NCBI GenBank assembly: GCA_965242965.1
Contig: OZ251518.1
Location: 608,001 to 672,000, forward strand
Reading direction: 5' to 3'
From: Candidatus Poribacteria bacterium
GTDB taxonomy: Bacteria; Poribacteria; WGA-4E; WGA-3G
Length of the DNA: 64,000 nucleotides
Below are positions 39,559 to 49,560 of this stretch, piece after piece. The notes beneath the pieces were generated by a model, which did no database searches, was not told the origin of the DNA, and saw only the letters and a program-made list of their open reading frames with translations. The translations under genes and the position numbers were made by a program. The stretch's first letter is position 1, and each line of letters starts with the position of its first letter.

Positions 39559-41142
39559 ATGCGAATTTCCAAAAAAAAGTTCATCACCATAATCCTCATC
39601 GCGCTCATCGGAGTTATTATCTTGCTAGCCGCTATTTACCACCACACCGCGCTCTGGAAACCTGAACAAAGCCTCATCACGCTACTGCCAGAGGCACCAA
39701 TCTGTTATCTTACCTTGAAAGACCTGGGTTCTCTCGTCAAGACGTTCACACGGAGCGAGTTCGGGAAACAGGTGGCAGAGATGCCTCTCCTCGCCGAGAT
39801 TCAGGGGCAACGCTGGTGGAAAGAACTCGCCTATCAGAAGGCACTCTGGGAACACGAAATGGGCGGCAAACTCGATTTGGCAACCGTCAAGGCTTATTTC
39901 GGTGAGGAGACTATCCTCGCGCTTTACGAACGGGACGATGAACTCTCGTTCCTGCTCATCAGCGTCGTCGGTGGCGCAGAGAAATTAAGCATTGAAGCAC
40001 TCACCGCCACCGATGTCATAAATCCGCAATATCAGCGCATCCAAACGGAGCATAACGGGCTCACGGTGAATACGATAATCGGTTACCCGCGCGATTTCAG
40101 TTATGCCTTCATTGGCAAAGTCGGGGTGCTGAGTCTCAGCTATCCCTTGTTAACGGAGACGCTTGATATCTATACCGGGAAAAAGGCGGGTTTCCTTGCG
40201 CGCCATCCGATGCAGGGTGACTACGAAAGCGACAAAAATACCGGGTATGTGGATATGCCACGACTGGCGGCCGCGCTAAAAGAGACGGTGCCTCAGTTGC
40301 GCAGTATTGTTGAACTGAGTGCGTCGCTGCTTGGAGATGCAACACCCTGGTCCTTCGGAAATCGGTATGAAGATGGGGTGGTGATTTCGCGGCATTTGAT
40401 ACGGCATCGAGAGCGGGAAGGCGCGCCGACAGGAAGAAATCGAGACCGGGCGGTCTCTCCTACGGGGAGGTTGCATCGAGACCGGGCGGTCTCTCCTACG
40501 GGGTTGCCGGAACGAACTGCGTTTGTTTCTGTCTTGCCAACGCCGCGCCAGATGCAGGAGCTCTTGCCAAATAGCGATTTGTCCCGGCACCTCACGGTAG
40601 GGTTCATCGCACCGAATCCGGAGGAGGTATCTGTCGTGCCATCGATAGTTTTGTTGATAAAGGGCAGCGAATTGGAAACCGATTTGGAACGTCTCAAAAC
40701 GCGAGAGATTTCTATTGCCGGCAAACCATTAGCATTCCTCGCGCCGCAGGATTATCTCGGGAGTGTCATCCAACCCTTCCAGTTGCGTTTCAATTTTCTG
40801 TTGGCACTTACCGGCGGCTATGCGATTGTCAACGATACGCTCGTCTTCAGCACAACGCTGCCGGGTTTAAAATCAGTAATTGACACGGCATCTGGGAATG
40901 CACCGGCGTTAGAGCTCGGTGAGGTGCAGATGTTCCTTGAACCGTCGCTATTCGTGCCGGAGGTGAAGCGGTTTTTGCCGTTGGTGACGCTGCTCGCCTC
41001 CGAACAACTCGTGGATGCGGCGTTGATAGAGCAGGTTAAGGAGAATCTGTTTCCGCTTGCATCCCTTGGCCCCATTTCTGTGAAAATTGTGGAACAGGCG
41101 GAAGCAACGGAGGCGGAGATTCGGGTGGTTTTAGAGAAGTGA
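39559..41142 (+). CDS. Membrane-anchored hypothetical protein with a REP-derived insertion
   Basis: N-terminal TM; 527 aa; RDRAVSPTG repeats at 40405-40503. Confidence 0.75.
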   Translation: MRISKKKFITIILIALIGVIILLAAIYHHTALWKPEQSLITLLPEAPICYLTLKDLGSLVKTFTRSEFGKQVAEMPLLAEIQGQRWWKELAYQKALWEHEMGGKLDLATVKAYFGEETILALYERDDELSFLLISVVGGAEKLSIEALTATDVINPQYQRIQTEHNGLTVNTIIGYPRDFSYAFIGKVGVLSLSYPLLTETLDIYTGKKAGFLARHPMQGDYESDKNTGYVDMPRLAAALKETVPQLRSIVELSASLLGDATPWSFGNRYEDGVVISRHLIRHREREGAPTGRNRDRAVSPTGRLHRDRAVSPTGLPERTAFVSVLPTPRQMQELLPNSDLSRHLTVGFIAPNPEEVSVVPSIVLLIKGSELETDLERLKTREISIAGKPLAFLAPQDYLGSVIQPFQLRFNFLLALTGGYAIVNDTLVFSTTLPGLKSVIDTASGNAPALELGEVQMFLEPSLFVPEVKRFLPLVTLLASEQLVDAALIEQVKENLFPLASLGPISVKIVEQAEATEAEIRVVLEK

Positions 41143-41276
41143 TAGGCGCAAGGGTGTATAAGCAGCTTGTGTGAAACATGTCTTCAGGTAGGCGAGACCT
41201 CCTGGTCTTGATGCCTCTCCTACCGGGGAGAACGATTTATGGGACACCCTCATATAGGATAGGGAGGAACACTATT

Positions 41277-42329
41277 ATGAAAACAGCAATTGGCATGGGG
41301 ATTATCAGTTTCGCGCATGGGCACGCGAACGCCTACTGCAACCAGATGCAAACGTTTGACGACGCTAAACTTGTCACTTGTTGGGACGATAACGCCGAGC
41401 GCGGCGAAGCCGCCGCTACGCAGTTTGGGATGAACTATTCGCCGCACCTTGAAGACGTGATTTACCATCCGCAAATCGATGCCGTTATCGTGACATGCGA
41501 GACAAATCGGCACGCGGAGATGGTGGAAGCAGCAGCGGCGGCAGGCAAGGATATCCTCTGCCAAAAGCCGATGGCTCTCACGTTGGCGGATTGCGACAGG
41601 ATTGAGACAGCGGTGCAAAAAACCGGTGTAAAGTTTATGATGGGCTATCAGATGCGGCGCGACCCGGCGAATATTGAGATGAAGCGGCTCATCGACAGCG
41701 GGGTGCTCGGAAAAATCGGTGTGCTACGCCGCCGGCATTGCATCAACGCGCTTTTCAGTGAGGCGTTCGTCACGGGCACGAGTCGTTGGCACATTGAGCC
41801 GGAGAAGAACATGGGGATGTTCATGGACGATGCCTCGCACGCAACCGATTTTATCCACTGGATGCTCGGCAAACCTACCAGCGTCATCGCCGAGATTGAT
41901 AACATCTTAACCGATGTCGCGCCTGATGATACCGGGTTGGCTGTCTACCGGTTTCCGTGCGGCGCGATGGCGATTCTGCTGAATACCTCTGTCACACTCG
42001 CTGGCGAAAATACCACCGAGATTTACGGCGACGAAGGCGTAGTTATCCAAAACTACGGCGATGCTCCGTCGTGTAACATACCGCGCTCGGCGGATGCAGT
42101 TGCGCTCAAACTCTACACGCGAGACGCGCCATCGTGGAAGGATTTGGGCATCGCAATTCCGAACGGCCACGGTGAACGCATCGCGGCAGTGCCGCGTCCG
42201 TTTATTGACTGTCTAAAGAACGACACGGAACCCGATGTGACGGTGGAAGATGGACGCGTTTCGGTGGAGATGATTTTGGGCGCGTATCAGTCAGCGCGCG
42301 AAGGAAAACGCGTTACGTTTCCGCTCTAA
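41277..42329 (+). CDS. Gfo/Idh/MocA oxidoreductase
   Basis: ILCQKPMALT, DDASHATD; GGAGG RBS before ATG 41277. Confidence 0.9.
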   Translation: MKTAIGMGIISFAHGHANAYCNQMQTFDDAKLVTCWDDNAERGEAAATQFGMNYSPHLEDVIYHPQIDAVIVTCETNRHAEMVEAAAAAGKDILCQKPMALTLADCDRIETAVQKTGVKFMMGYQMRRDPANIEMKRLIDSGVLGKIGVLRRRHCINALFSEAFVTGTSRWHIEPEKNMGMFMDDASHATDFIHWMLGKPTSVIAEIDNILTDVAPDDTGLAVYRFPCGAMAILLNTSVTLAGENTTEIYGDEGVVIQNYGDAPSCNIPRSADAVALKLYTRDAPSWKDLGIAIPNGHGERIAAVPRPFIDCLKNDTEPDVTVEDGRVSVEMILGAYQSAREGKRVTFPL

Positions 42330-42339
42330 ATCGGGAGAT

Positions 42340-43074
42340 TCACGGGCTATTCCTGCGCATGATGCTGAGAATCTGTCCTGTCATGCCGCTGCCAGTCGGT
42401 TGGGTTGCAAGGAAAAGTGCGGACGCAACAACCTGCTCGGGTTCCTTCCACGGGTCACTTTGAGCCCGGAACGTAGTCTGGCCTTGCCATGCTGATTTCG
42501 ATAACTCTGTCTTGACGGGACCGGGGATAAGCACATTGGCGATGATGCCATATTGCCACATCTCTTCGGCGATGGCTTGCGTTAACCCGTGCAGTGCCGC
42601 TTTGGAAGCGCAATAAATGCTGAGGTTCGCGTGTCCAACTTGTCCCATCCCGGAACCGATGTTGATGATATTCCCCGTTCCCTGGCGTTGCATGATAGGC
42701 AACACCGCGCGGCAGCAATGGACAACCCCCATGACGTTCGTCTGCCAGGTCTGCTCCCACTGCGCATCCGTGGTGTCTAAAAAGAGTCCCCTCGGATTAA
42801 TGCCGGCGTTGTTCACGAGAATATCTATCTTCCCAAACCGCTCAACCGTTTTCTGAACGAGGGTTTCAACATCGGCGCGGACTTGCAAATCGGTTGGCAC
42901 TGCGAGGACTTCGCCGCCTTGTGCCGTGATTTCATCGGCCACTTCGTTCAGCTGCGCTACACTTCGCGCGGCGATGACGATGCTCGCGCCTTCAGCGGCG
43001 TAAGCAATCGCAATCGCCCTGCCGATGCCGCGTCCCCCTCCCGTGATGATAGCGACTTTGTCTTGGAGTTGCAT
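42340..43074 (-). CDS. Short-chain dehydrogenase/reductase
   Basis: TGGGRGIG, NNAG, YCASK. Confidence 0.92.
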   Translation of the reverse strand: MQLQDKVAIITGGGRGIGRAIAIAYAAEGASIVIAARSVAQLNEVADEITAQGGEVLAVPTDLQVRADVETLVQKTVERFGKIDILVNNAGINPRGLFLDTTDAQWEQTWQTNVMGVVHCCRAVLPIMQRQGTGNIINIGSGMGQVGHANLSIYCASKAALHGLTQAIAEEMWQYGIIANVLIPGPVKTELSKSAWQGQTTFRAQSDPWKEPEQVVASALFLATQPTGSGMTGQILSIMRRNSP

Positions 43075-43085
43075 GGTTGATTCCT

Positions 43086-43901
43086 TTATGAAGTTATTGC
43101 GCGGTGCCACATCTCCATTAACCGCGCCAACTGCCCCCGGCGCGCCGTAAGTTTCCGTTCCAAGTCTTTGGCGAGTGCAGAAAGCAGTTCTGTGCCGTTC
43201 TCCTTCGCGTTCTCTACCTGCTGCTTGAGTTGATAGGCGTGGCCCGCCTTGAGTCGATTCATCTCTAATCGCAATTCACCCGTTGCCCGGTTGAGGTGCC
43301 GCAGTTCCGCCTGCAGTCTGGCGTGTTTCTCGGCATTCGTTTCCTCGCGATGCGCTTCCGTGTCAAGTTCCCCGATGCTTAATCGTTCCAGCGTCTGGAT
43401 ATCCTGCTCCTGATAGGCGCGATTGATGAGCGGCATGAGCTGCTGCCGCCGTTGCTGTTCGGCGGCATCAACAGTCTTGTCCGGATGATACTGCTTCGCG
43501 AGTTTCCGATAGAGCGTCTGCAGGTGCTTCGCCTTTTCAACGGGAAGTTCGTCCGTCGCTTCTTCCGTTTCCGCTTCCTCGGAATCAGCGATGCACTCGC
43601 GATTTTCCGGAAAGCACGATGTAACGCGCGCTTCGATTTCTGCCTTGCTCACTTTCTCGCGATGCAGTTGCAAGCGGAGCCGATACGCCTTCGTCTCTAG
43701 TTCAACCTTATCTAACTCCACGTAGTAGCGGCCGACATGTGCGTGATATTGGTGCTGAAACGCATCAACGTCTTCCTTGAGCTGCTCAATATCCACGGTA
43801 AATTCGGCTACCTGCCGCCGTTTTGCTTCAATGGCCTGAAGTAGCCGGGAAACGTGTTTTTCATCGGTACTATAGACAGAAACTAACGTGGCAGGCTTCA
43901 T
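43086..43901 (-). CDS. Coiled-coil protein with a J-domain-like HPD motif
   Basis: LYRKLAKQYHPDK...INRAY. Confidence 0.75.
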   Translation of the reverse strand: MKPATLVSVYSTDEKHVSRLLQAIEAKRRQVAEFTVDIEQLKEDVDAFQHQYHAHVGRYYVELDKVELETKAYRLRLQLHREKVSKAEIEARVTSCFPENRECIADSEEAETEEATDELPVEKAKHLQTLYRKLAKQYHPDKTVDAAEQQRRQQLMPLINRAYQEQDIQTLERLSIGELDTEAHREETNAEKHARLQAELRHLNRATGELRLEMNRLKAGHAYQLKQQVENAKENGTELLSALAKDLERKLTARRGQLARLMEMWHRAITS

Positions 43902-43995
43902 GTTTCGTCTCCGTAAGTGGAGTTACGTGCGCGGTTACAAACCGCGCCGCCGGGATACGCGGAAGACGCGGAAAACATGGGGCACCCGATGTGCC

Positions 43996-44376
43996 CTATT
44001 TCTTCCGGTAGGTGATGCGTCCCCGCGTCAAATCGTAGGGGGACAACTCCACGGTAACCTTATCGCCCGGCAGAATCTTGATGAAGAACTTCCGCATTCT
44101 GCCGGAAATGTGCGCGAGGATCTGGTGCTTGTTGTCCAATTCCACGCGGAACATCGCGTTCGGAAGTGGCTCAACGACGACACCTTCTACCTCAATCTTA
44201 TTGCTCTTGGCGGCTGCGCGTTTCCCTTCCTGCTCCTGCGCTTCCTGCTCAGGAGTGGTGGGAGTGGTTTTGCGCTTATCGCGCCGCTTCTTTGACTGCG
44301 GTTTCCGCTTTGGACGGCTCGCGTTTGTGTAGCGCGTCTGCGGCTTCCGCTTGTTACCAGCTGGTCTTCGGTTCAA
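43996..44376 (-). CDS. infA: Translation initiation factor IF-1 with a 55-aa N-terminal extension
   Basis: [22 protein letters not shown]...AHISGRMR...[24 protein letters not shown]; AGGAG RBS before TTG 44376. Confidence 0.9.
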   Translation of the reverse strand: MNRRPAGNKRKPQTRYTNASRPKRKPQSKKRRDKRKTTPTTPEQEAQEQEGKRAAAKSNKIEVEGVVVEPLPNAMFRVELDNKHQILAHISGRMRKFFIKILPGDKVTVELSPYDLTRGRITYRKK

Positions 44377-44392
44377 AATGACTCTCCTTATT

Positions 44393-45187
44393 TTATGATT
44401 CCTCTTCAAGACTGAAGAGGTTTCCGGTTTCAGCGACGAGTTCGCGAAAATAATCAATTGCGCGTTGGAGTTGCGCTTCGGCATCCGCGCCATCGTGGCT
44501 TGTTGAAACCATATCTACCGGCATCGTGTCCCCATCCGCTTTTCGGAGGGAGACATACGCCTTTAAATAGACGTTCGGGTGGCGTTCCATCACTTTTTGC
44601 ATCAGTGGTGAGACTGCCGCCTCAAACATCGTTACATAAACACGCGCAGTAGCAACCTCTGCGCTGTATCGTTCGGCAATCAACGGTGCAACGTGCGCCT
44701 CAAAGATTGCCTTCATCTCACGCGGCGGCCCGGGCATCAGCATGAGGGTAGACTGCTCATGCGTCACCCGAATGCACGGTGCCCATCCCGCCGGATTCTG
44801 AAAGACATCCGCTGTTTCCGGCATCGTCGCCATTTTCAGCAGTGCCTCGTTGAGTTCCTCGTTTGCCGGCATGTTTCGGCGTTCCCGAAAATGCGCGACG
44901 GTTTCCTCACTGACGACAACTTTTTTGCCGATGAGTTCGGCAACAACGGTTACCGTCATATCGTCCGGCGTGGGGCCGAGGCCCCCAGTCATCAGGATGA
45001 GCGATGTCTCTCTGTCAACGGCAGAACTTAACGCCTCGTGCATTTCGTCAAAATCGTCGCGAAGCATCGTTACCCGCCGTAACTCGCCGCCGAGTTGCAG
45101 CAGCTGCTGCGCGAGCCAGTGCGCGTTCGTATCCTGAATCTGCCCAATGACTAATTCTGTGCCTATTGAGAAGAGTTCAATTGCCAC
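44393..45187 (-). CDS. CinA N-terminal-like molybdopterin-binding protein
   Basis: [38 protein letters not shown]; GTG start with AAGGAG RBS. Confidence 0.85.
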   Translation of the reverse strand: MAIELFSIGTELVIGQIQDTNAHWLAQQLLQLGGELRRVTMLRDDFDEMHEALSSAVDRETSLILMTGGLGPTPDDMTVTVVAELIGKKVVVSEETVAHFRERRNMPANEELNEALLKMATMPETADVFQNPAGWAPCIRVTHEQSTLMLMPGPPREMKAIFEAHVAPLIAERYSAEVATARVYVTMFEAAVSPLMQKVMERHPNVYLKAYVSLRKADGDTMPVDMVSTSHDGADAEAQLQRAIDYFRELVAETGNLFSLEEES

Positions 45188-45257
45188 ATTATTCTCCTTG
45201 TGTGCCGCCGTGGGCACGATAGTACCGTGGTCTTCCGCTGCGCGTAGCCTCGCGAGG

Positions 45258-45557
45258 GACAGGCCCTCGCGCTACGGTGCTGCGAAGCGGTAGGAGAGCC
45301 CTCCCGGTCTCGATGCATCGGTTTCCAGGCCCTCGCGCTACGGTGATGCGAGCCAGCTGCGAAACTCACCTGCTGCGCGTTTTTGGCTTTGCGACAGACA
45401 GGCCCTCGCGCTACGGTGCTGCGAAGCGGTAGGAGAGCCCTCCCGGTCTCGATGCATCGGTTTCCAGGCCCTCGCGCTACGGTGATGCGAGCCAGCTGCG
45501 AAACTCACCTGCTGCGCGTTTTTGGCTTTGCGACAGACAGGCCCTCGCGCTACGGTA
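45258..45557. repeat. 139-bp tandem duplication of REP-derived sequence
   Basis: GACAGGCCCTCGCGCTACGGT at 45258, 45397, 45536. Confidence 0.9.
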
Positions 45558-45567
45558 TAATCGGGTA

Positions 45568-46602
45568 TTACAGCACCTCGTTAAGGAACTGAAACGCACC
45601 GATGCCGTGGAAACTATGCCCGGCTTCAAACGCCTCAAACCCCAATTTATCGTCAGCACCGAAGACACCGAAAATCTCCCTCGCGCGATTCACGGCGAAA
45701 CGGGTGGCTTCAATGGGGAAAATGGTATCTTCCGTGCCGGATTCCACGAACATCGCCCGCGGGGCAATTAATCCTGCAATATCAAACATCTCTGCGTATT
45801 TTAGCACAGATGGGATATAATTGTCCATACAATGGCTCAGACTGAGGATGCTATCGCGGAACGTGTTGAAATAGCCGCTCACGACTGCCGCTTTGAATCG
45901 CGTATCAAGGGCAGCTGCAAAGAAGGTTGTCGTCCCGCCACCGGAAATACCCATGATGCCGATGCGCCGGCTGTCTATTTCTGGGCGCGTTGCAAGATAG
46001 TCCAATGCGCGCATGGCATCGTAAACGCGCCATCCTACCATGGTTTGCCCAAGCAGGAAGGCGGCACCCGCGCTCGGTTGGCATGAGGAATTCCCTGCAC
46101 CCCTCTGTCGTGCCGCATTATCGCGCCGATGCCCAAATCCGAACTGCTCAATGGCAAGGACGGCGTAGCCGTGTTCAACACACTGCAGCGCGAAATCGTT
46201 CTGATAACCGCCGTATTCTGTTCGCATGCAGCCATCTTCTTCGATGCCGACGATGTCATCTACACCACGGCCGTGCCCTGCTAAACAGAGCATCGCGGGC
46301 CCCGGCGACGAAAAGTCTTTCGGCAACAGCAAATAGCCGAAGACTGTCATGTTCTGCCGACTCTGAAACTGGACGGTTTCACGGGTATAGTTATCGAATT
46401 CGTGCGATGCCAACACTTGAGGGTGGAGGATGCAGGAGTGTTGCGGAAAGCCGCCCACTAACTGGGTGAGTTTGCGCCGCAATGCACCCTGCCATCTCTC
46501 TGCTTCTTCGCGCGTCGTCGCCTGAAACGCGAATTGGCGCGGTGTTTCATCGTAGAGTGCATGAGAAAATGCTAATGTGTCCAGATGTTGTTCGTGATTC
46601 AT
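45568..46602 (-). CDS. Alpha/beta hydrolase (dienelactone hydrolase/acetyl-xylan esterase-like)
   Basis: GHGRG, nucleophile GISGGG, LIAPR, GHSF. Confidence 0.85.
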   Translation of the reverse strand: MNHEQHLDTLAFSHALYDETPRQFAFQATTREEAERWQGALRRKLTQLVGGFPQHSCILHPQVLASHEFDNYTRETVQFQSRQNMTVFGYLLLPKDFSSPGPAMLCLAGHGRGVDDIVGIEEDGCMRTEYGGYQNDFALQCVEHGYAVLAIEQFGFGHRRDNAARQRGAGNSSCQPSAGAAFLLGQTMVGWRVYDAMRALDYLATRPEIDSRRIGIMGISGGGTTTFFAAALDTRFKAAVVSGYFNTFRDSILSLSHCMDNYIPSVLKYAEMFDIAGLIAPRAMFVESGTEDTIFPIEATRFAVNRAREIFGVFGADDKLGFEAFEAGHSFHGIGAFQFLNEVL

Positions 46603-46606
46603 CGCC

Positions 46607-47857
46607 TCAATCCCTCAACATATTCAAGACGAACCCTGTCGCCATTTTCGGATAAAAATAGGTGGACTTCTGCGGCATTGTCTGTCCCGCCATCGCCACG
46701 TCCAAGACTTCCGAAACGGGTGTCGGGTTCATCAACAGCGCAACGCGGTCGGCGCTGCCTTTGACGTATGTGACAGCATCTGTCGCATCTGCTGTGTAAC
46801 TGATGTATTCCGGCGTTGTCTCAATGCCGAACTGCTTGTCAATGAGGAGGTTGTGGAGGAGCGTTACGTCTAACCGTTCATAGCCGGCAGTTTCGGAAGT
46901 TAACTTGGGGATTAACAGCCGGTAGGTATCGTCAGGGGTGTAAAGTCCGAACGCGGGGTGTTTTCCGCGCTGCGCGGCGAGGCGTTCCATCAGCGATGCG
47001 AGGCTATCCACTTTTTGAACCTCAAACGCTTCGGGGAGTTTCGCGACGACGTGCGCGATTTTATCAGGAGACAACCGTTGGATGAGACGATGAATGGCGA
47101 GCACCGCCAAGCCGGGTGATTCCATGCGCACCAGATTCATCATCATGTAGTTGTAGCCGGTGAGTTGCGGGGTGCGTGCCTGCATCTCGGTGCGGAAAGC
47201 GAGAGCCGTCTCGTAACGGTGATGCCCATCCGCGATGAGGAGCGGTTTGTCAGCGAAGAGTGCTTGGATTTCACGTGTCCGACTCTCCATGCGCCACAAT
47301 TGATGCGTGCTACCGAAAGCTTCATCAATGCTGACAAGCGGTTCAGTTACATCAGTGAAAGCCTCCGTGATTCCTTCAATGTCGCCCGCTTCATCGGAAT
47401 AGAGCATGAAGATGGGGCTCAGGTTCGCGTGGCATGCGCGCATCAGGTTGAGCCTGTCTGCCTTAGGGCCCGCATGCGTTTTTTCGTGCGGGAAAATGAC
47501 GCGGTTCTCAAAAGGTTCCAATTTCACCTTTGCAATGAGGGCGCGGCGCGTATAGGTGATGCCATCGGGTGCAGTGAACGCCTGGGCATAAATGTAATAA
47601 CTCGGTGTTTTGTCCTGCAAGAACGTCCCGTCGCGCCTCCACGTCTTCATCAGCGCGGCGGCGTGCGTATACCTATCTTCGTCCTCACGCGGTTGACTCA
47701 AGATAAGGTGGATGATGTTTGCCGGATGTCGTGCTTCCAGTGCCACGCGTTCATCGGGTTTGATGACATCATACGGTGGCGCGATAACATCGGCGATGTC
47801 GCCCACTTTGTTCGGATTGTAGCGCAGTCCGCGAAACGGAATAACTGTCGTCTCCAT
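46607..47857 (-). CDS. DUF1015 family protein
   Basis: PFRGLRY, APPYDVI, PHEKT, IADGHHRYETA, MPQKSTYFYPK; start could also be 47890. Confidence 0.88.
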   Translation of the reverse strand: METTVIPFRGLRYNPNKVGDIADVIAPPYDVIKPDERVALEARHPANIIHLILSQPREDEDRYTHAAALMKTWRRDGTFLQDKTPSYYIYAQAFTAPDGITYTRRALIAKVKLEPFENRVIFPHEKTHAGPKADRLNLMRACHANLSPIFMLYSDEAGDIEGITEAFTDVTEPLVSIDEAFGSTHQLWRMESRTREIQALFADKPLLIADGHHRYETALAFRTEMQARTPQLTGYNYMMMNLVRMESPGLAVLAIHRLIQRLSPDKIAHVVAKLPEAFEVQKVDSLASLMERLAAQRGKHPAFGLYTPDDTYRLLIPKLTSETAGYERLDVTLLHNLLIDKQFGIETTPEYISYTADATDAVTYVKGSADRVALLMNPTPVSEVLDVAMAGQTMPQKSTYFYPKMATGFVLNMLRD

Positions 47858-47945
47858 AGTTTTTCGTATCCTGTAAGGGAGGATTTCCATATCCTCCTGT
47901 CTTCTCTTGTGGCGGCCAGGTATAGACATCCGCCTTGACAAGCGT

Positions 47946-48863
47946 CTAATCCCACAACCTCGTGCTAAAATAGCGTTCGCCCAAGTCATTAAAGACGGTG
48001 ACGATAACCCCTTCCTGAATTTGTTGTGCGACTTTGTATGCGCCGTAGAGATACCCACCGGACGATTGCCCGACGAACCAGCCGTGTCGCGCGAGCCGGC
48101 TGCACATCTCATGCGCGTGCTCAATCGTCGCATGAACGCGGCAATCGATGATGCTCTCATCCAGAATTTCTGGCACGATGTCGTCAGGGTGCCCAAGCGG
48201 TTTTAACCCCTCAATGCCCGGAAACGCCTCCGGTGAGATGGTGCATATCTGAATGTCAGGGTTATAGCTTTTCAATCGCCTGCCGACACCGGTAATCGTG
48301 CCGCCGGTGCCGACACCGGCGACGAAATGGGTGACTTTTCCGCCAGTCTGCTCCCAGATTTCGACACCCGTGGTCTCGTAGTGCGCGCGCCAGTTGTTCT
48401 CGTTTTCGTATTGTGATTTGAAAAAATACCGATTCGGTGCCGCTTCATAACGCCGTTCCACCTCGCGCAATGCCTCGTCGTAACCGAGGAGCGCATCGGT
48501 GTAGATAACCCGCGCGCCGTGCGAGTGAATGCGTTTTTTGCGTTCGTCACTGGCGTTCTCTGGAATGACGAGTTCGACTTGATACCCTAGCACCGCGCCA
48601 ATCATCGCATAGGCGATACCGGCGTTGCCGGAACTAGAATCCAAAATCACCTTGTCGCGCGTGAGTTCTCCGGATGCAATCGCCTCGGTGAGCATGCGCA
48701 AGACCGGCCGGTCTTTGATAGAACCGCCCGGGTTGTAGGTTTCTACCTTCGCGTAGATTTCCACATTCGGCAGCTCATCCTCAAAAAGAGCGAGTTTGGC
48801 GAGCGGTGTCTGTCCGATGAGTTGAAGCAGTGGATAGTCTGCTGGAATAGTTCGGTTGCTCAT
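47946..48863 (-). CDS. PLP-dependent cysteine synthase family protein
   Basis: NPGGSIKDR, SSGNAG, GVGTGGT, GQSSG. Confidence 0.9.
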   Translation of the reverse strand: MSNRTIPADYPLLQLIGQTPLAKLALFEDELPNVEIYAKVETYNPGGSIKDRPVLRMLTEAIASGELTRDKVILDSSSGNAGIAYAMIGAVLGYQVELVIPENASDERKKRIHSHGARVIYTDALLGYDEALREVERRYEAAPNRYFFKSQYENENNWRAHYETTGVEIWEQTGGKVTHFVAGVGTGGTITGVGRRLKSYNPDIQICTISPEAFPGIEGLKPLGHPDDIVPEILDESIIDCRVHATIEHAHEMCSRLARHGWFVGQSSGGYLYGAYKVAQQIQEGVIVTVFNDLGERYFSTRLWD

Positions 48864-48890
48864 GTAAACTGATTTATCCTGTCGTTTCTG

Positions 48891-49505
48891 TTAGGTGCGC
48901 CGCGTGCTATTCTTGCGAAGGAGTTGCGCCATGTAATCCTTCGCGGCATCTGTCGTTAATTCGCCGTTGAGGATGGGCTTCACCTCAAATTCTGCTAACC
49001 GCACCGTTGGATTGAGTCCGTGCATTGGGGGCAGCCAATCCCGAAACGTATCAAAAAATGCCCGTTGCGCTGCGCGCCCATTTTCATAAGGAAAGTCCGC
49101 TGTCGGGCGGCGGAACCGCGCCGTTCCTTTCGCTAGTGCCGCTGCATGATGTTGCCGGCAAAACCGCCGATACGTCTCCAATTCATACGCGAGAGGCACA
49201 TCTGCCGTATAAAACCGCAACGTTTGTTCCCGATAGTGCGTGAAGTGTTGCAATTCGTCAAACTCAAAGATGAAGTGGTAAGGTGCCGGAAAATAGGCAT
49301 CGGGAATCAGGTATCCGTCTGCCTTCGCCGTTGTGCCTTCCCAATCGCCTTCTAGTTCGGCATAGAGTGCCATGATGTCAACGTAAGCGTCGCCGAAGTG
49401 TTCGGGCTGCGGTTTGTTGCGGAGCCATTCAAATTGCGCGCGTCGCTCTGCGGGTATTCCCAAAACTTGTTCGACGATGGCGATGATACCGACTTCTAGG
49501 CGCAT
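48891..49505 (-). CDS. Hypothetical protein, possible PD-(D/E)xK/Vsr-like nuclease
   Basis: LIPDAYF...IFEFDELQHF. Confidence 0.55.
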   Translation of the reverse strand: MRLEVGIIAIVEQVLGIPAERRAQFEWLRNKPQPEHFGDAYVDIMALYAELEGDWEGTTAKADGYLIPDAYFPAPYHFIFEFDELQHFTHYREQTLRFYTADVPLAYELETYRRFCRQHHAAALAKGTARFRRPTADFPYENGRAAQRAFFDTFRDWLPPMHGLNPTVRLAEFEVKPILNGELTTDAAKDYMAQLLRKNSTRRT

Positions 49506-49560
49506 TTTTCCCTCTAAAGAGGTGCGCGCTTGGAACGCGCGTTTACCGACAATAAGGGTG

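Noticed and set aside
46607-48196. Long N-terminal extensions in the ORF track (DUF1015, coaE, MTase, gspI, Zn-ADH, UPF0175)
   Set aside because: They overlap upstream genes or repeats and better starts exist at the conserved domain boundary, unlike infA and gspH where no proximal start exists.
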